Source of the DNA: Chiloscyllium plagiosum
Lineage: Eukaryota
Length of the DNA stretch: 64,000 nt
Reading direction: 5' to 3'
Assembly: GCF_004010195.1 (NCBI RefSeq)
Contig: NC_057733.1
Span: forward strand, 52,066,228-52,130,227
Part shown: positions 1 to 10,562 of the stretch, piece by piece
Position numbering within the stretch: position 1 is the stretch's first letter
How the letters are laid out: every line of letters begins with the position of its first letter
Position numbers and translations under genes: made by a program
Notes under the pieces: generated by a model
Database searches by the model: none
Told to the model about the DNA's origin: nothing
What the model saw: only the letters and a program-made list of their open reading frames with translations

Positions 1-86
1 AGAGTGGGGGCCGGGTGCGCCGACCTGCTCCTTGCTCCGAGAGCCCGTCATGAAGGAGCAGCCTCCCCAGCCGGGCCGGGCCTGAC

Positions 87-211
87 CTGTGCCTCTGGTA
101 CAAACTGTAGTAAGTGTCCGTCTGCTGCTGCTCCCTGGGTGTCGGCGGCTGCTCCTCCTCCAGCTCCAGGTCCCCGTCCATGGAGTCCTGGAAGGAGGTC
201 TGGCTAATCAT
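87..211 (-). CDS. C17orf75: C17orf75 / Njmu-R1 homolog, first coding exon (gene continues off the left edge)
   Basis: Manual translation from the ATG at 211 gives MISQTSFQDSMDGDLELEEEQPPTPREQQQTDTYYSLYQRH, then an AG|GTCAGG donor at 86. It resembles the recalled N-terminus of human Njmu-R1 (SLQESMDGD...HYCLYSY). It lies in a GC-rich island, head-to-head with ZNF207 as in human. Confidence 0.8.
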
Positions 212-489
212 CGCTAACACCGTCCCGACCCAGAGGCAGATGGAGGAAGCCGTTAGATGGAGCACCAGTCCTTCCGCCCTTCAATAACATTCCGGCTGCC
301 GCCCCTGTCCCGGTACAAACGTTCCTATTAGAGGCTAAGCTGAGGCCTGCACCCATTGCACTGAAATAAATTTCATTAACCTCATGCTCTAAGATCAATG
401 GATAAACTGAACGATCACTTAGACATCAGCTTGCCTCAGTTTAACCACTGACTTGGAATCCGAATACCATATTTTAGTCCACTAAAAGA

Positions 490-662
490 AAGAACTGTAG
501 ATGTTGCAGGTCTGAAACAACACAAATTGTTGGAAAAACCCAGCAGGAAAAAGTTTTGAATCCAGTGACCCTGAAAAAGAGTCATACTGGACTAAATATA
601 TTAACTCTGTTTCTTCTCTCCACAGATGATGCTGGACTGCTGATTTTCTCCAGCAATTTCTA
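490..662. mobile_element. Old MER6-like / Penelope-derived short fold-back element
   Basis: The arms AAATTGTTGGAAAAACCCAGCAGG and CTGCTGATTTTCTCCAGCAATTTC are imperfect inverted copies. Related sequence occurs at ~61095-61230 and ~59000-59125. Confidence 0.5.
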
Positions 663-779
663 CATCATTATTTGTCAGCTTGCTCTATCTGGCTGCTGCT
701 GAACTGCCTGTCCACAAATGCTCTTGCTTCACATTTTCTTCAGCTGTTTCAAGTTCAGGTTCTGGAGGTTGATGTTCAA

Positions 780-850
780 CATATGGCTCAGTGGTTAGCA
801 CCGCTGCACCACAGCACCAGGGACCTGGGTTCAATCCAGTCTTGGGTGAT
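780..850 (+). mobile_element. tRNA-derived SINE head (HE1/V-SINE fragment)
   Basis: A-box TGGCTCAGTGGTTAGC and B-box GGTTCAATCC; matches the heads of full copies at 15545-15850 and 61800-62110. Confidence 0.7.
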
Positions 851-1524
851 GTGAGAAACAAAAGCTCACTCACTTCAATAATTTCAGTCCGAGACCAAAA
901 ATCTGAAACAGTAGTGCCGTTTTATTTGTACACTTGCAAGTGGGTGCAATGTCTAATGCCAGGTAAGGCAATGACAAATACACATCAAATCCAACAAACG
1001 CTCGAAATTTATACAATTTGAATCCCCATATTTTTTCTTATTTCATTGTTTGCCCCCTCCTCCGCTTACGTCACTCATTTCCTTAAGACTGATCCCACAA
1101 CTTCTGTTTATCCGGCCTTGTCCGTGACAAATGCCTATCTCTGGCCCCCATAAGGTTGTTTGACGTCATCTCACTGCAGGTCACCGCTAGGCATGTCCTT
1201 TCTTTATCAGCATTTATTCCTCTCCGGAGGCCACACTGACCTTCATGACCTCTGTAATTAGGGTTTGTTCCTGTGTCCCCATACAAGTGGGAAAACAGAT
1301 GTTTATACAGGCCTCTCTTCACAGCATTTTATCTAGTGCCTGTATTTCTACCATTGTTTTGTAATCACGTCTCATGCTGACATATCATTTTTAACGGATT
1401 ATATATTTCCTCATTCTTGCTAAGTCAGCTCTCGGCCGAAATGATCCCAAACTAATGTGAATTCATTTACTCTGTATCAGAACTTATAATTGCAGAAATA
1501 ACATTAATTCACCTATATCCCACA

Positions 1525-2075
1525 GGTGACTATCTATGTGGAGTTTACATATTCTCCCTGTGGTTTCCTTGAGGTGCTTTGGTTTCTTCCCACAATCCAA
1601 CGATGTTTCTAAAATCATGGATAGGATAAATAGTCAAGGCTATTTCCCTGGGGTGGGGTGAGTCCAGAACTAGAGGGTGTAGGTTTAGAGTGAGAGGGGA
1701 AAAATCTAAAAGGGACAACTTTTCACACAAAGGGTGGTGCATACATGGAATGAGCTGCCAGAGGAAGTGGTGGAGGTTGGTACAATTACAACATTTAAAA
1801 GGCATCTGAATGGGTATTTGAATAGGAAGGGTTTAAAGGGGTATGGGCCAAGGGCTGGCAGGTGGGACCAGATTAATTTAGGATATCTGATCGGCATAGA
1901 CAAGTCGGATCAAAGGATCTATTTCCATCGTGTACATCTCTATGACTGTATGTGCAGGTTGGGTGAATTAGTCATGCTAAATTGCCCATAGTGTTCAGGG
2001 ATGTGTAGGTTAGGTGCATTAGTCTGGAGTAAAACAGAGTAATAAGGTAGGGGAATGGGTCTGGGTGTGTTGCAG
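1525..2075 (+). mobile_element. HE1/V-SINE interrupted by a CR1 LINE 3' fragment (~1610-1950)
   Basis: The V-domain TGTGGAGTTTACATATTCTCCCTGTGGTTTCC...CCCACAATCCAA resumes at ~1950 (TGTGCAGGTTGGGTGAATTAG). The insert encodes WNELPEEVVEVGTITTFKRHL, the CR1 ORF2 C-terminus. Confidence 0.75.
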
Positions 2076-2339
2076 TTAAATCTCATCCTTATCTAACCGG
2101 ATGTCCACACATTTACATGATTACTGGTTGAACCTTGCCTATGGGCACTTAGACCTTTAATACAACCCAAGATGAAGTTATCTTACTACAACTTAAGAAT
2201 CAAACTAGAACATTTCTTTCAAGATCATCACATTTTGTACACTGCACGATTCTTAATTGGATTATGAAGGCAGCTTCCGAACCATTTCAGCTTTTAAAGT
2301 GGAGTTGTATGAGAATCCTTGGTCAGCCAAATAATCAAA

Positions 2340-2600
2340 GAATGCAATGCGGAAATTCACCAATGTTCCTTAGACAGCACCTTCCAAATCATTGACCACT
2401 TCCATCTAGAAGGACAAAAGCATCAGATACACAGGAACACCATCACATGCAAATTCCCCTCCAAGCAACTCACCATCCTAATTTGGAAATATGTTGCTGT
2501 TCTTTCAATACTGCTGGGTCAAACTCCTGGAATTCCCTCTTTAATTATGTTATGGGTCTACTTAATAGAACTAAACTGCTGCCATTCAAAAAGGCCTCCA
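2340..2600 (+). mobile_element. Old L2/CR1-group LINE 3' fragment
   Basis: GGAACACCATCACATGCAAATTCCCCTCCAAG...CCTGGAATTCCCT is homologous to a second copy at ~21150-21430. Confidence 0.55.
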
Positions 2601-2780
2601 GTCCACAGACCAACCCTTTACCATCGTCCTCGAAATTTATATCGTTAAGCCAATTTTGTATACAATTGTCAAGCTCACCCTGAATCCCATGTGATCTAAC
2701 TTTCCGAATTAGTCTACCATGCGGAACGTTGTCAAAGGCTTTATTAAAGTCCATGTAAACAACCTTTCTGCCCTCATCGT
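2600..2780 (-). mobile_element. CR1 LINE RT fragment
   Basis: Translates as VVYMDFNKAFDNVPHGRLIRKVRSHGIQGEL. Confidence 0.8.
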
Positions 2781-3336
2781 TCTTTTTGTTCTGTGTGTTA
2801 GTAACTCCAGTGGCGATGACATACTCTGTAATGGTAAGGATTGGTAACTCAAAATATAAACCTTCATTTTTCTTCAGAAAATCATTTATTATTGCTGAAA
2901 AAAAGTCTAATTTTATTGAAAGTTTTTGTCTTGCACTCATCAGGATAATTTGCGAAAAATACACAAATAAAGGGAAGCGAACATTCATACGGAATGAGAG
3001 GAAAGCATTGATTGTTTGGCAGTTGGATTCTGATAAGTAGACATGTTGCCATGGAGAATGCAACAGTTAAGGATGGCTGATAGTAAACTGCTAAGCTTTG
3101 TTTAAATTTTAAACAGATAGGTTGACTCTGTTTGGTCAAGGCATTGCTGTGAGAATGAACCAGAGAATGGATGAATAGCAAATTTTTGCAATCATGGAAT
3201 CACATCAGCTGAAAGGATCACCACCACTCTCTAGCACAAGCACACTTTCACTGGTCAAACTTTGGGATACCCACTATAAAGGCCATATGTTTTTATTATT
3301 CTGTATTTTCAATAGTGGACCAAAATGGGAAAAGTG

Positions 3337-3505
3337 GCAGCATCCAAGGATCAGGAGAATCGACATTTTGGGCAACAGCCTTTCATCAGGATTGAAGTCT
3401 TTTGCCCGAAATAGTCGATTCTCCTGCTCCTCGGATGCTGCCTGACCTGCTGTGCTTTTCCAGCACCACACTCTCAACTCTAATCTCCAGCATCTGCAGT
3501 CCTCA
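3337..3505. mobile_element. Penelope-derived fold-back element (family A) with degenerate hammerhead
   Basis: GCAGCATCCAAGGATCAGGAGAATCGAC is inverted against GTCGATTCTCCTGCTCCTCGGATGCTGC. It has the same tail as 54620-54711. Confidence 0.75.
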
Positions 3506-5045
3506 GCAAGACGGCGTTTGTATGGAGCCACAGAAAATGGGGGTGATACTAAATGAGTATTTTGCATCAATATTTACTGTGTAAAAGGATATGGAAGATA
3601 TAAACTGTACGGAAATAGAGGGTGACATCTTCCAAATTGTCCATATTACAGAGGAGGAAGTGCTGGATGTCTTGAAATGGGTAAAGGTGAATAAATCCCC
3701 AGGACCTGATCAGTGTACCCTAGAGCTCTGTGGGAAGCTAGAGAAGTGACTGCTGGGCCTCTTGCTGAGATATTTGTATCATCGATAGTCACAGGTGAGG
3801 TGCTGGAAGACTGGAGGTTGTCTAACGTGGTGCCACTGTTTAAGAAGGGCGGTAAGGACAAGCCAGGGAACTATAGACCGGTGAGCCTGTTCGACAAGGT
3901 TCCTCATGGGAGACTGATTAGCAAGGTTAGATCGCATGGAGTACAGGGAGAACTAGCCATTTGGATACAGATCTGGCTCAAAGGTAGAAGACAGAGGCTG
4001 GTGGTGGAGGGTTGTGTTTCAGACTGGAGGCCTGTGACCAGTGGAGTGCCACAAGGATCGGTGCTGGGTCCTCTACTTTTTGTCATTTACATAAATGATT
4101 TGGATGCGAGCATAAGAGGTACAGTTAGTAAGTTTGCAGATGACACCGAAATTGAAGGTGTAGTGGACATCGAAGAGGGTTACCTCAGATTACAACAGGA
4201 TCTTGACTAGATGGGTCAAAAGACTGAGAAGTGGCAGATGGAGTTTAATTCAGATAAATGCGAGGTGCTGCATTTTGGGAAAGCAAATCTTAACAGGACA
4301 TATACACTTAATGTTAAGGTCCCAGGGAGTGTTGCTGAACAAAGAGCCCTTGGAGGGTAGGTTCATACCTCCTTGAAAATGGAGTCCCAGATGGATAGGA
4401 TAGTGAAGAAGGTGTTTGGTATGCTTTCCTTTATTGGTCAGAGTATTGAGTACAGGAGTTGGGAGGTCACGTTGCAGCTGTACAGGACATTGGTTAGGCC
4501 ACTGTTAGAATATTGCGTGCAATTCTGGTCTCCTTCCTATCGGAAAGATGTTGTGAAACTTGAAAGGGTTCAGAAAAGATTTTGCAAGAATGTTGCCAGG
4601 AGAATGTAATCTATAGGGAGAGGTTGAACAGGCTGGTGCTGTTTCCTGGAGTGTCGGAGGCTGAGGGGTGACCTTATAGAGGATTACAAAATTATGAGGG
4701 GTGTTGTTAGGGTAAATAGGTAAAGTCTTTTCCCTGGGGTCGGTGAGTCCAGAACTAGAGGGCATAGGTTTAGGGTGTGAGAGGAAAAATATAAAAGAGA
4801 CCTACGAGGCAACTCTTTAGCACAGAGGGTGGTATGTTTATGGAATGAGCTGCCAGAGGAAGTGGTGGAGGCTGATACAATTGCAACATTTAAGAGGCAT
4901 TTGGATGGGTATATGAATAGGAAGGGTTTGGAGGGATATGGGCCGGGTGCTGGCAGGTGGGCATAGTTTGGGTTGGGTTATCTGGTCGGCATGGACGGGT
5001 TGTACCAAAGGGTCTGTTTCCATGCTGTACATCTCTGTGACTCTA
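3506..5045 (+). mobile_element. CR1 (HER1-like) LINE, 5'-truncated, internal deletion near 3888
   Basis: ORFs carry [28 protein letters not shown] and LYRTLVRPLLEYCVQFWSP; the CR1 3' tail ends ...CATCTCTGTGACTCT. Confidence 0.95.
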
Positions 5046-5049
5046 TATT

Positions 5050-6690
5050 TATCCAATGACCATTTAAATGCTCTTAATGTTGGCAGGTCCATTACTGTTG
5101 CAGACAGGGCATTCCATGCCCTTACTACTCTCTGTATAAAGCACCTACGTCTGGCATCTGTCCTATAAATACCTCCCCTCAATTTAAAGCTATGTCCCCT
5201 TGTGCTAGCCATCACCATCTGAGGAAAAAGGCTCTCACTGTTCACCCTATCTAATCCTCTGATCATCTTGAATGCCTCTATTAAGACACCTGTTAATCTT
5301 CTTCTCTCTAATAAATATGGCCTCAAGTCCCTAAGCCTTTCCTCATAAGACCTTCCCTCCATACCAGGCAATATCCTGGTAAATCTTCTCTGCAAACTTT
5401 CCAATGCTTCAACGTCCTTCCTATAATGCAGCGACCAGAACTATGCACAATACCCCAAGTGCAGCTGCACCAGAGTTTTGTACAGCTGCAACATGACCTC
5501 ATGGCTCCGAAAGTCAATCCCTTTAACACTAAATGCTAACACACCATATGCCTTCTTAACAACCCTATCAACCTGGTGGCAACTTTGAGGGAACCATGCA
5601 CATGGATACTGAGATCTACTCATCCACATTACCAAGAATCTTAACATTCACTCAGCACTCTATATTCCTGTTACTCCTTGCAAAGTGAATCACCTCACAT
5701 TTTTCCGCATTAAACTCCATTTGCCAACTCTCAGCCCAGCCCTGCAGCTTATCTATGTCCCTCTGTAACTTGCAACATGGCACTGCCTACAATTCCACCG
5801 ACCTTAGTGTCATCTGCAAATTTACTAACACATCCTTCTGATTTCTCATTCAGGTCATTTATAAAAATGACAAACAGCAGTGGCCCCAAAACAGATCCTT
5901 GCAACACACCACTAGTAACTGAACTCCAGTATAAACATTTCCCATCAACCACCATCCTCTGTCTTCCTACATCTAGCCAATTTCTGATCCAAACTGCTAA
6001 ATCACCTTCAATCCCATGCCTCTGTATTTTGTACAATAGCCTACCATGAGGAACCTTATCAAATGCTTTACTGAAATCCACATACACCACATCAACCACT
6101 TTACCCTCATCCACCTGTCTTGTCACCTTCTCAAAGAACTCAGTAAGGTTTGTGAGGCATGACCTACCTTTCACAAAACCATGTTGACTATCGCTAATCA
6201 AATTTTTCCTTTCGAGATTATAATAAATCCTATCTCTTATAATCCTTTCCAACAGGTTACCCATAACTGAAGTAAGGCTCATTGATCTATAATTACCAGA
6301 GTTTTCTCTACTCCCCTTCCTGAACAATGGAACAACATTTGCTATCCTCCAGTCTTCTGGCACTATTCCTGTAGACAGCGACAATATAAAGATCAAAGCC
6401 AAAGGCTCTGCAAACTCCTCCATAGCTTCCCAGAGAATCTTCAGATAAATCCCATCTGGCTCAGGGGACTTATCTATTTTCATACTTGCTAACACATCCT
6501 CCCTATGAACCTCAATCCTGTCTAGTCCAATAGCCTGTATTTCAGTATTCTCTTTGACAACATTGTCTTTTTCCTGTCTGAATACTGATAAAAAATGTTC
6601 ATTTAGTGCCTCTCCTGTGTCTTCAGACACCACGCACAACTTCCCATTACTGTCCTTGATTGGCCCTGATCCTACCCTAGTCATATCAAG
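5050..6690 (-). mobile_element. CR1 LINE (second subfamily), tail-to-tail with the preceding copy
   Basis: 321-aa ORF with [36 protein letters not shown] and KFADDTK, plus C-terminal fragments. Confidence 0.95.
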
Positions 6691-6764
6691 CAGCATATCT
6701 CTGAGGCTGTTCATGACAAGGAATTCTCACATTTTTTTTTGGTTGATCACCTGTGATTCCAACA

Positions 6765-7075
6765 GAATCATACAATCCCTATTGTGTGGAAAAATTCCAT
6801 TTAGCATCAAGTCTGTACCGCCCCCCTCCTTAGAGTATCCCATCCAGACTCAGCCCCCAATCCTGCAGCCCCACATTTACCACCCAGACTGCACATCCAT
6901 GGACACTATGGACAGTTTAATATGACCAGTTCTCCCTAACCTGCACATCTTATGTGACAAAATCCACGCAGATATAGGTGGAGTGTGCAAGCTCTACACC
7001 CAAGGCTAGAATCAAACCCCAGTCACTGGTGCTGTGAGGTAACAGTGCTTACCACTGTGTCATTGGGCTACCCAG
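6765..7075 (-). mobile_element. Diverged HE1/V-SINE
   Basis: CCTAACCTGCACATCT and TGCTGTGAGGTAACAGTGCTTACCACTGTG match the other SINE copies. Confidence 0.7.
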
Positions 7076-7466
7076 TTTGGATAATGTAACCAAGAAATTT
7101 TATCTTAGGTTTTGCAAACTTGCATCTCTAATTCAAAGTTAGTTTTGTATTCTGAGAACTTTCATCACTATGCTAACTCTTCTGTAAATTTGCTTTTTAG
7201 TAGATCCCAGTACAAGCATGTTATCCATGTGACATATTACATCATTGGTTGAACCCCTTCCAATGGGTTGAACATTGTTTTTTGAAAAACTTCTGGCGAT
7301 TACAAAAGGCAATCTGTAAAGAAATAATGCTGGAAAGGTGCAGTAAATGCAGTTAACCTTTTGGGGTTTTCATCTAGAGATAATTGGAAAAATCCTCTTT
7401 TAGCATCCAGGGTTCTCTTAGCTAGTTTTGCTACACTTCCATCCACTAAAGCCATTGGGTAGTTAT

Positions 7467-7705
7467 AGAATCATAGAGATGTACAGCATGGAAACAGACC
7501 CTTTGGTCCAACCCATCCATGCCGACCAGATATCCCAACCCAATCTAGTCCCACCTGCCAGCAACTGGCCTATATCCCTCCAAACTCTTCCTATTCATAT
7601 ACCCATCCAAATACCTCTTCAATGTTGCAATTGTACCAGCCTCTACCATTTCCCCTGGCAGCTCATTCCATACACGTACCGCCCTCTGCGTGAAAAAGTT
7701 GCCCC
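7467..7705 (-). mobile_element. CR1 3' end
   Basis: Translates as FFTQRAVRVWNELPGEMVEAGTIATLKRYLD, followed by the CR1 tail. Confidence 0.9.
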
Positions 7706-7789
7706 ATTCTACTGCATTGTTTAACTGAGTTAAAACCATACTGATTCTTATGCAAACATTTGGTCTTGGTGTTGTGACTATACCTGAAC

Positions 7790-8255
7790 ACCACTTTGTT
7801 GGCATAGCAACTGTACTTGCAAAGTTACATTGTACTTTGCTCAAAAACTGCATGAATCCACGTAAGATTGTGTTAATTCATTTTTTAGATTAGAATCAGT
7901 CTAAACATTATGGCACAGAGAGCAGCACACAGGTGCTAATACGCAATACATGATCTGGGCTGACACCAATTGTTAAAGTTTGCTTGAGAATATAACTTTT
8001 TAATAAAAAAGTTTTGCAATTTACATATGAAAGAAATGAAGCTAACATGGTCATTCTAAAAGATGAGAGACTTAACAAACAATCAAGGTATTTTTCAATG
8101 TATAATTTCAGTCACATCACACTATAAACTTTTGCTATAAATTCTGTCTTAAATCGTGTACTCGACAGCCACTTGATGAAGGAACAGCGCTCCGAAAGCT
8201 AGTGCTTCCAATTAAACCTGTTGGACTATAACCTAATGTTGTCTGATTTTTAACC
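7790..8255 (+). mobile_element. Penelope-like element 3' region (family B) with degenerate hammerhead at 8170-8204
   Basis: CAC-TTGATGA-A-GGAACAGCGCTCC-GAAAGCTA-GTG is followed by the same terminal sequence as the element at 8767-8981. Confidence 0.65.
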
Positions 8256-8257
8256 TT

Positions 8258-8520
8258 TTAAATGTTGTAATTGTACCAACCTCCACCATTTCCTCTGACA
8301 GCTCATTTCATACACGCACCACCCTCTGCATGAAGAAAGTTGCCCTGAGGTCCCTTTTAAACCTTTCCTCTCTCATCTTAAACCTATGCCCTCTAATTTT
8401 GACTGCCCTACCCTGAGAAACAAATCTTTGTCTATTGTCTATTTACGCTATCAATGCCCCTCAAGATTTTATAAACCTCTACAAGGTCACCCCTCAGCTC
8501 CAGGGAAACCAGCTCCACTG
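8258..8520 (-). mobile_element. CR1 3' fragment
   Basis: Translates as LRGDLVEVYKILRGIDSVNRQ. Confidence 0.85.
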
Positions 8521-8524
8521 CAGT

Positions 8525-8766
8525 GAATTTGAGTAATTTCCAGAACGCATCCCTTCCCTTGCCAATGTAGGATATTGGAGTAATTTTCAATCTGTATCCC
8601 ACCCCTTGCCAATGTGGAATATTTGAGTAATTTTCAGTCTGTATCCCACCCCTTGCCAATGTGGAATATTTGAGTAATTTTCAGTCTGTATCCACCCCTT
8701 GCCAATGTGGAATATTTGAGTAACTTTCAGACTGTGTCCCTCCCCTTGCCAATATGGAATATTTGA
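8525..8766. repeat. 47-bp minisatellite, about 5 units, with a further partial unit after 8982
   Basis: The unit ACCCCTTGCCAATGTGGAATATTTGAGTAATTTTCAGTCTGTATCCC is read directly. Confidence 0.95.
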
Positions 8767-8981
8767 TTTGGAGATGCCGGTGTTGGACTGGGGTGTACAA
8801 AGTTAAAAATCACACAACACCAGGTTATAGTCCAACAGATTTAATTGGAAGCACTAGCTTTCGGAGCGACGCTCCTTCATCAGGAGATAGTGGAGGGCTC
8901 AATCTGTGTTACAATCCGAAAGCTATTGTGCTTCCAATTAATCCTATTGGACTATAACCTGGTGTTGTGTGACTTTTAACT
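8767..8981. mobile_element. Penelope-derived fold-back insertion (family B) with 12-bp TSD
   Basis: TGGAATATTTGA at 8755-8766 and 8982-8993. Inverted arms AGTTAAAAATCACACAACACCAGGTTATAGTCCAA / TTGGACTATAACCTGGTGTTGTGTGACTTTTAACT. Confidence 0.85.
8851..8884 (-). ncRNA. Minimal type I hammerhead ribozyme core (Penelope type)
   Basis: Minus strand reads C-CTGATGA-A-GGAGC-GTC-GCTCC-GAAA-GC-TA-GTGC: CUGANGA box, 5-bp stem II, GAAA, palindromic AGCT stem III and a UH site. Stem I has one mismatch. Confidence 0.65.
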
Positions 8982-9054
8982 TGGAATATTTGAGGAATTT
9001 CAGTCTGTGTTGGGGAAATCTTTGTACACCTAATTTTAACTCTGCTGCCTTAGT

Positions 9055-9180
9055 AACGGCCGCTGTACCAGTGTCCAATCAGAGGAGCGGATGTTGGGAG
9101 GTGGGGCGGTTGAGGGCGGGCGCCATTTTGTTTGGCTGTTGCTGCGGCGGTAGCGGAGCGAGCGAAAGGCGTGCGTGTTG
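9055..9180 (+). promoter_or_regulatory. ZNF207 CpG-island promoter
   Basis: CCAAT at 9075-9079, GC boxes at 9103-9109 and 9114-9120, YY1 motif CGCCATTTTG at 9121-9130; CpG-rich; no TATA box. A second YY1 motif, AAAATGGCG, is at ~9727. Confidence 0.75.
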
Positions 9181-9242
9181 TTTTTAAATCGCGGAGTCGT
9201 CTCTCGTTTTCTTTCTTTCGCCCTCACAGGTAGCCCAACAGG

Positions 9243-9283
9243 ATGGGCCGAAAGAAGAAGAAGCAGATGAAGCCGTGGTGCTG
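9243..9283 (+). CDS. ZNF207: ZNF207 (BuGZ) exon 1
   Basis: MGRKKKKQMKPWC(W); donor TG|GTATCCTT. Confidence 0.97.
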
Positions 9284-10126
9284 GTATCCTTAGTGCTTGT
9301 CTGGCCTCGCTCTTTGCGGCCGCCATTAGACAGTGGCAGGCCGCAGGGACACAAAGACGAGGAAGGCGACCGGGCCTCTGCAGGAGAGTGGGGGGGGGTG
9401 GGTGGATGCGGACTGGGGGCCTTATGAGGCGGCCTGTCGACCCTGATTCCCGGGGAAACTAGACAATAATGAAATAGGGCTGTGGTTATAACCAGAGGAG
9501 AAAGTGAGGTCTGCAGATGCTGGAGATCAGAGCTGAAAATGTGTTGCTGGTAAAGCACAGCAGGTCAGGCAGCATCCAAATCTGCTGTGCTTTACCAGCA
9601 ACACATTTTCAGCTGTGGTTATAACCGGCAACGTTAGCGACTTGTGTGTTTGGGGCGGAGGAGAGGAAGAGGTGACCATGTGCAATTTATATGACTGTGG
9701 GAAGAAGCCGCCTCTGTTTTCACTGTAAAATGGCGTCATGGTTTGTTTTTCCTCCTTGCTCAGTTCAGGATTACTCAGACTTGACTTTATCCCCAATGGC
9801 CACGGCCGAAAGAACTGCTCGTTTTAAAACAAAAGCTAGGCTAGCGATTCATGTGTGGAATGGCAAATCTTCATGCATTGACATGTTAAGAGTACCTTCC
9901 AACGCTTTCCCCTAAAACTGTTGTTCTTTTGAACTACATATTGTCGTTTAAAAACAAAGATAAGATGGGAGATTTCTAAGATGCGGCCGTTTAGATGGGC
10001 TGCCAATCTAAACTGTATTGGTTGCATGGTAATTTCATTTGGATTGGAATGACTAGTTTTGTCTGCATAGTATGTGTTCGTATTCTATTTCTTTTTGTTT
10101 CCATTTCCTTGACCACAGATGTCCAG
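9284..10126 (+). other. ZNF207: U12-type (minor spliceosome) GT-AG intron
   Basis: 5' splice site GTATCCTT; branch site TTCCTTGAC at 10105-10113, with the branch A 14 nt before the end of the 3' AG; no pyrimidine tract between them. Confidence 0.93.
9494..9614. mobile_element. Penelope-derived fold-back insertion (family A) with 15-bp TSD
   Basis: Perfect 33-bp inverted repeat at 9531-9563 / 9582-9614; GCTGTGGTTATAACC at 9479-9493 and 9612-9626. Confidence 0.85.
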
Positions 10127-10253
10127 GTACTGTAACAGAGACTTTGATGATGAGAAGATCCTTATCCAGCACCAGAAAGCAAAACATTTCAAATGTCACA
10201 TATGTCATAAAAAGTTGTACACAGGTCCAGGTCTTGCTATTCACTGCATGCAG
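10127..10253 (+). CDS. ZNF207: ZNF207 exon 2 (two C2H2 zinc fingers)
   Basis: [42 protein letters not shown]. Confidence 0.97.
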
Positions 10254-10361
10254 GTATCTTACTGGTTAATGTGCCAACATATTTAAGATTATTTTAGTTG
10301 AAGTAACACTAAAAATTCTCTATATTTATGTAAATTTTAAATTTGCAGTTACTGAATATAG

Positions 10362-10562
10362 GAGAAAGTGAGGACTGCAGATGCTGGAGATCAGAGCTGA
10401 AAATGTGTCGATGGAAAAGCGCAGCAGGTCAGGTAGCATCCAAGGAGCAGGAGAATCGACGTTTCAGGCATGATTCCTGAAGAAGGGCTCATGCCCGAAA
10501 CGTCGATTCTCCTGCTCCTTGGATGATGCCTGACCTGCGCTTTTCCAGCAACACATGTTCAG
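10362..10562. mobile_element. Penelope-derived fold-back insertion (family A) with 16-bp TSD and hammerhead core
   Basis: CAGTTACTGAATATAG at 10346-10361 and 10560-10575; ~60-bp inverted arms. Confidence 0.85.
10474..10508 (+). ncRNA. Minimal type I hammerhead ribozyme core
   Basis: CTGAAGA(10477)-A-GGGC-TCAT-GCCC-GAAA-C-GTC; an identical core is at 54621-54648. Confidence 0.6.

Noticed and set aside
4-207. Plus-strand 67-aa ORF
   Set aside because: Antisense shadow of the GC-rich C17orf75 exon, with a non-ATG start.
780-850. tRNA gene
   Set aside because: It matches SINE heads elsewhere in the window and cannot form a proper acceptor stem.
2545-3063. 172-aa ORF as a host gene
   Set aside because: A chance fusion of unique sequence with a CR1 RT fragment.
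8525-8766. Regular repeats resembling a CRISPR array
   Set aside because: The units are contiguous with no unique spacers, and the context is eukaryotic; it is a minisatellite.
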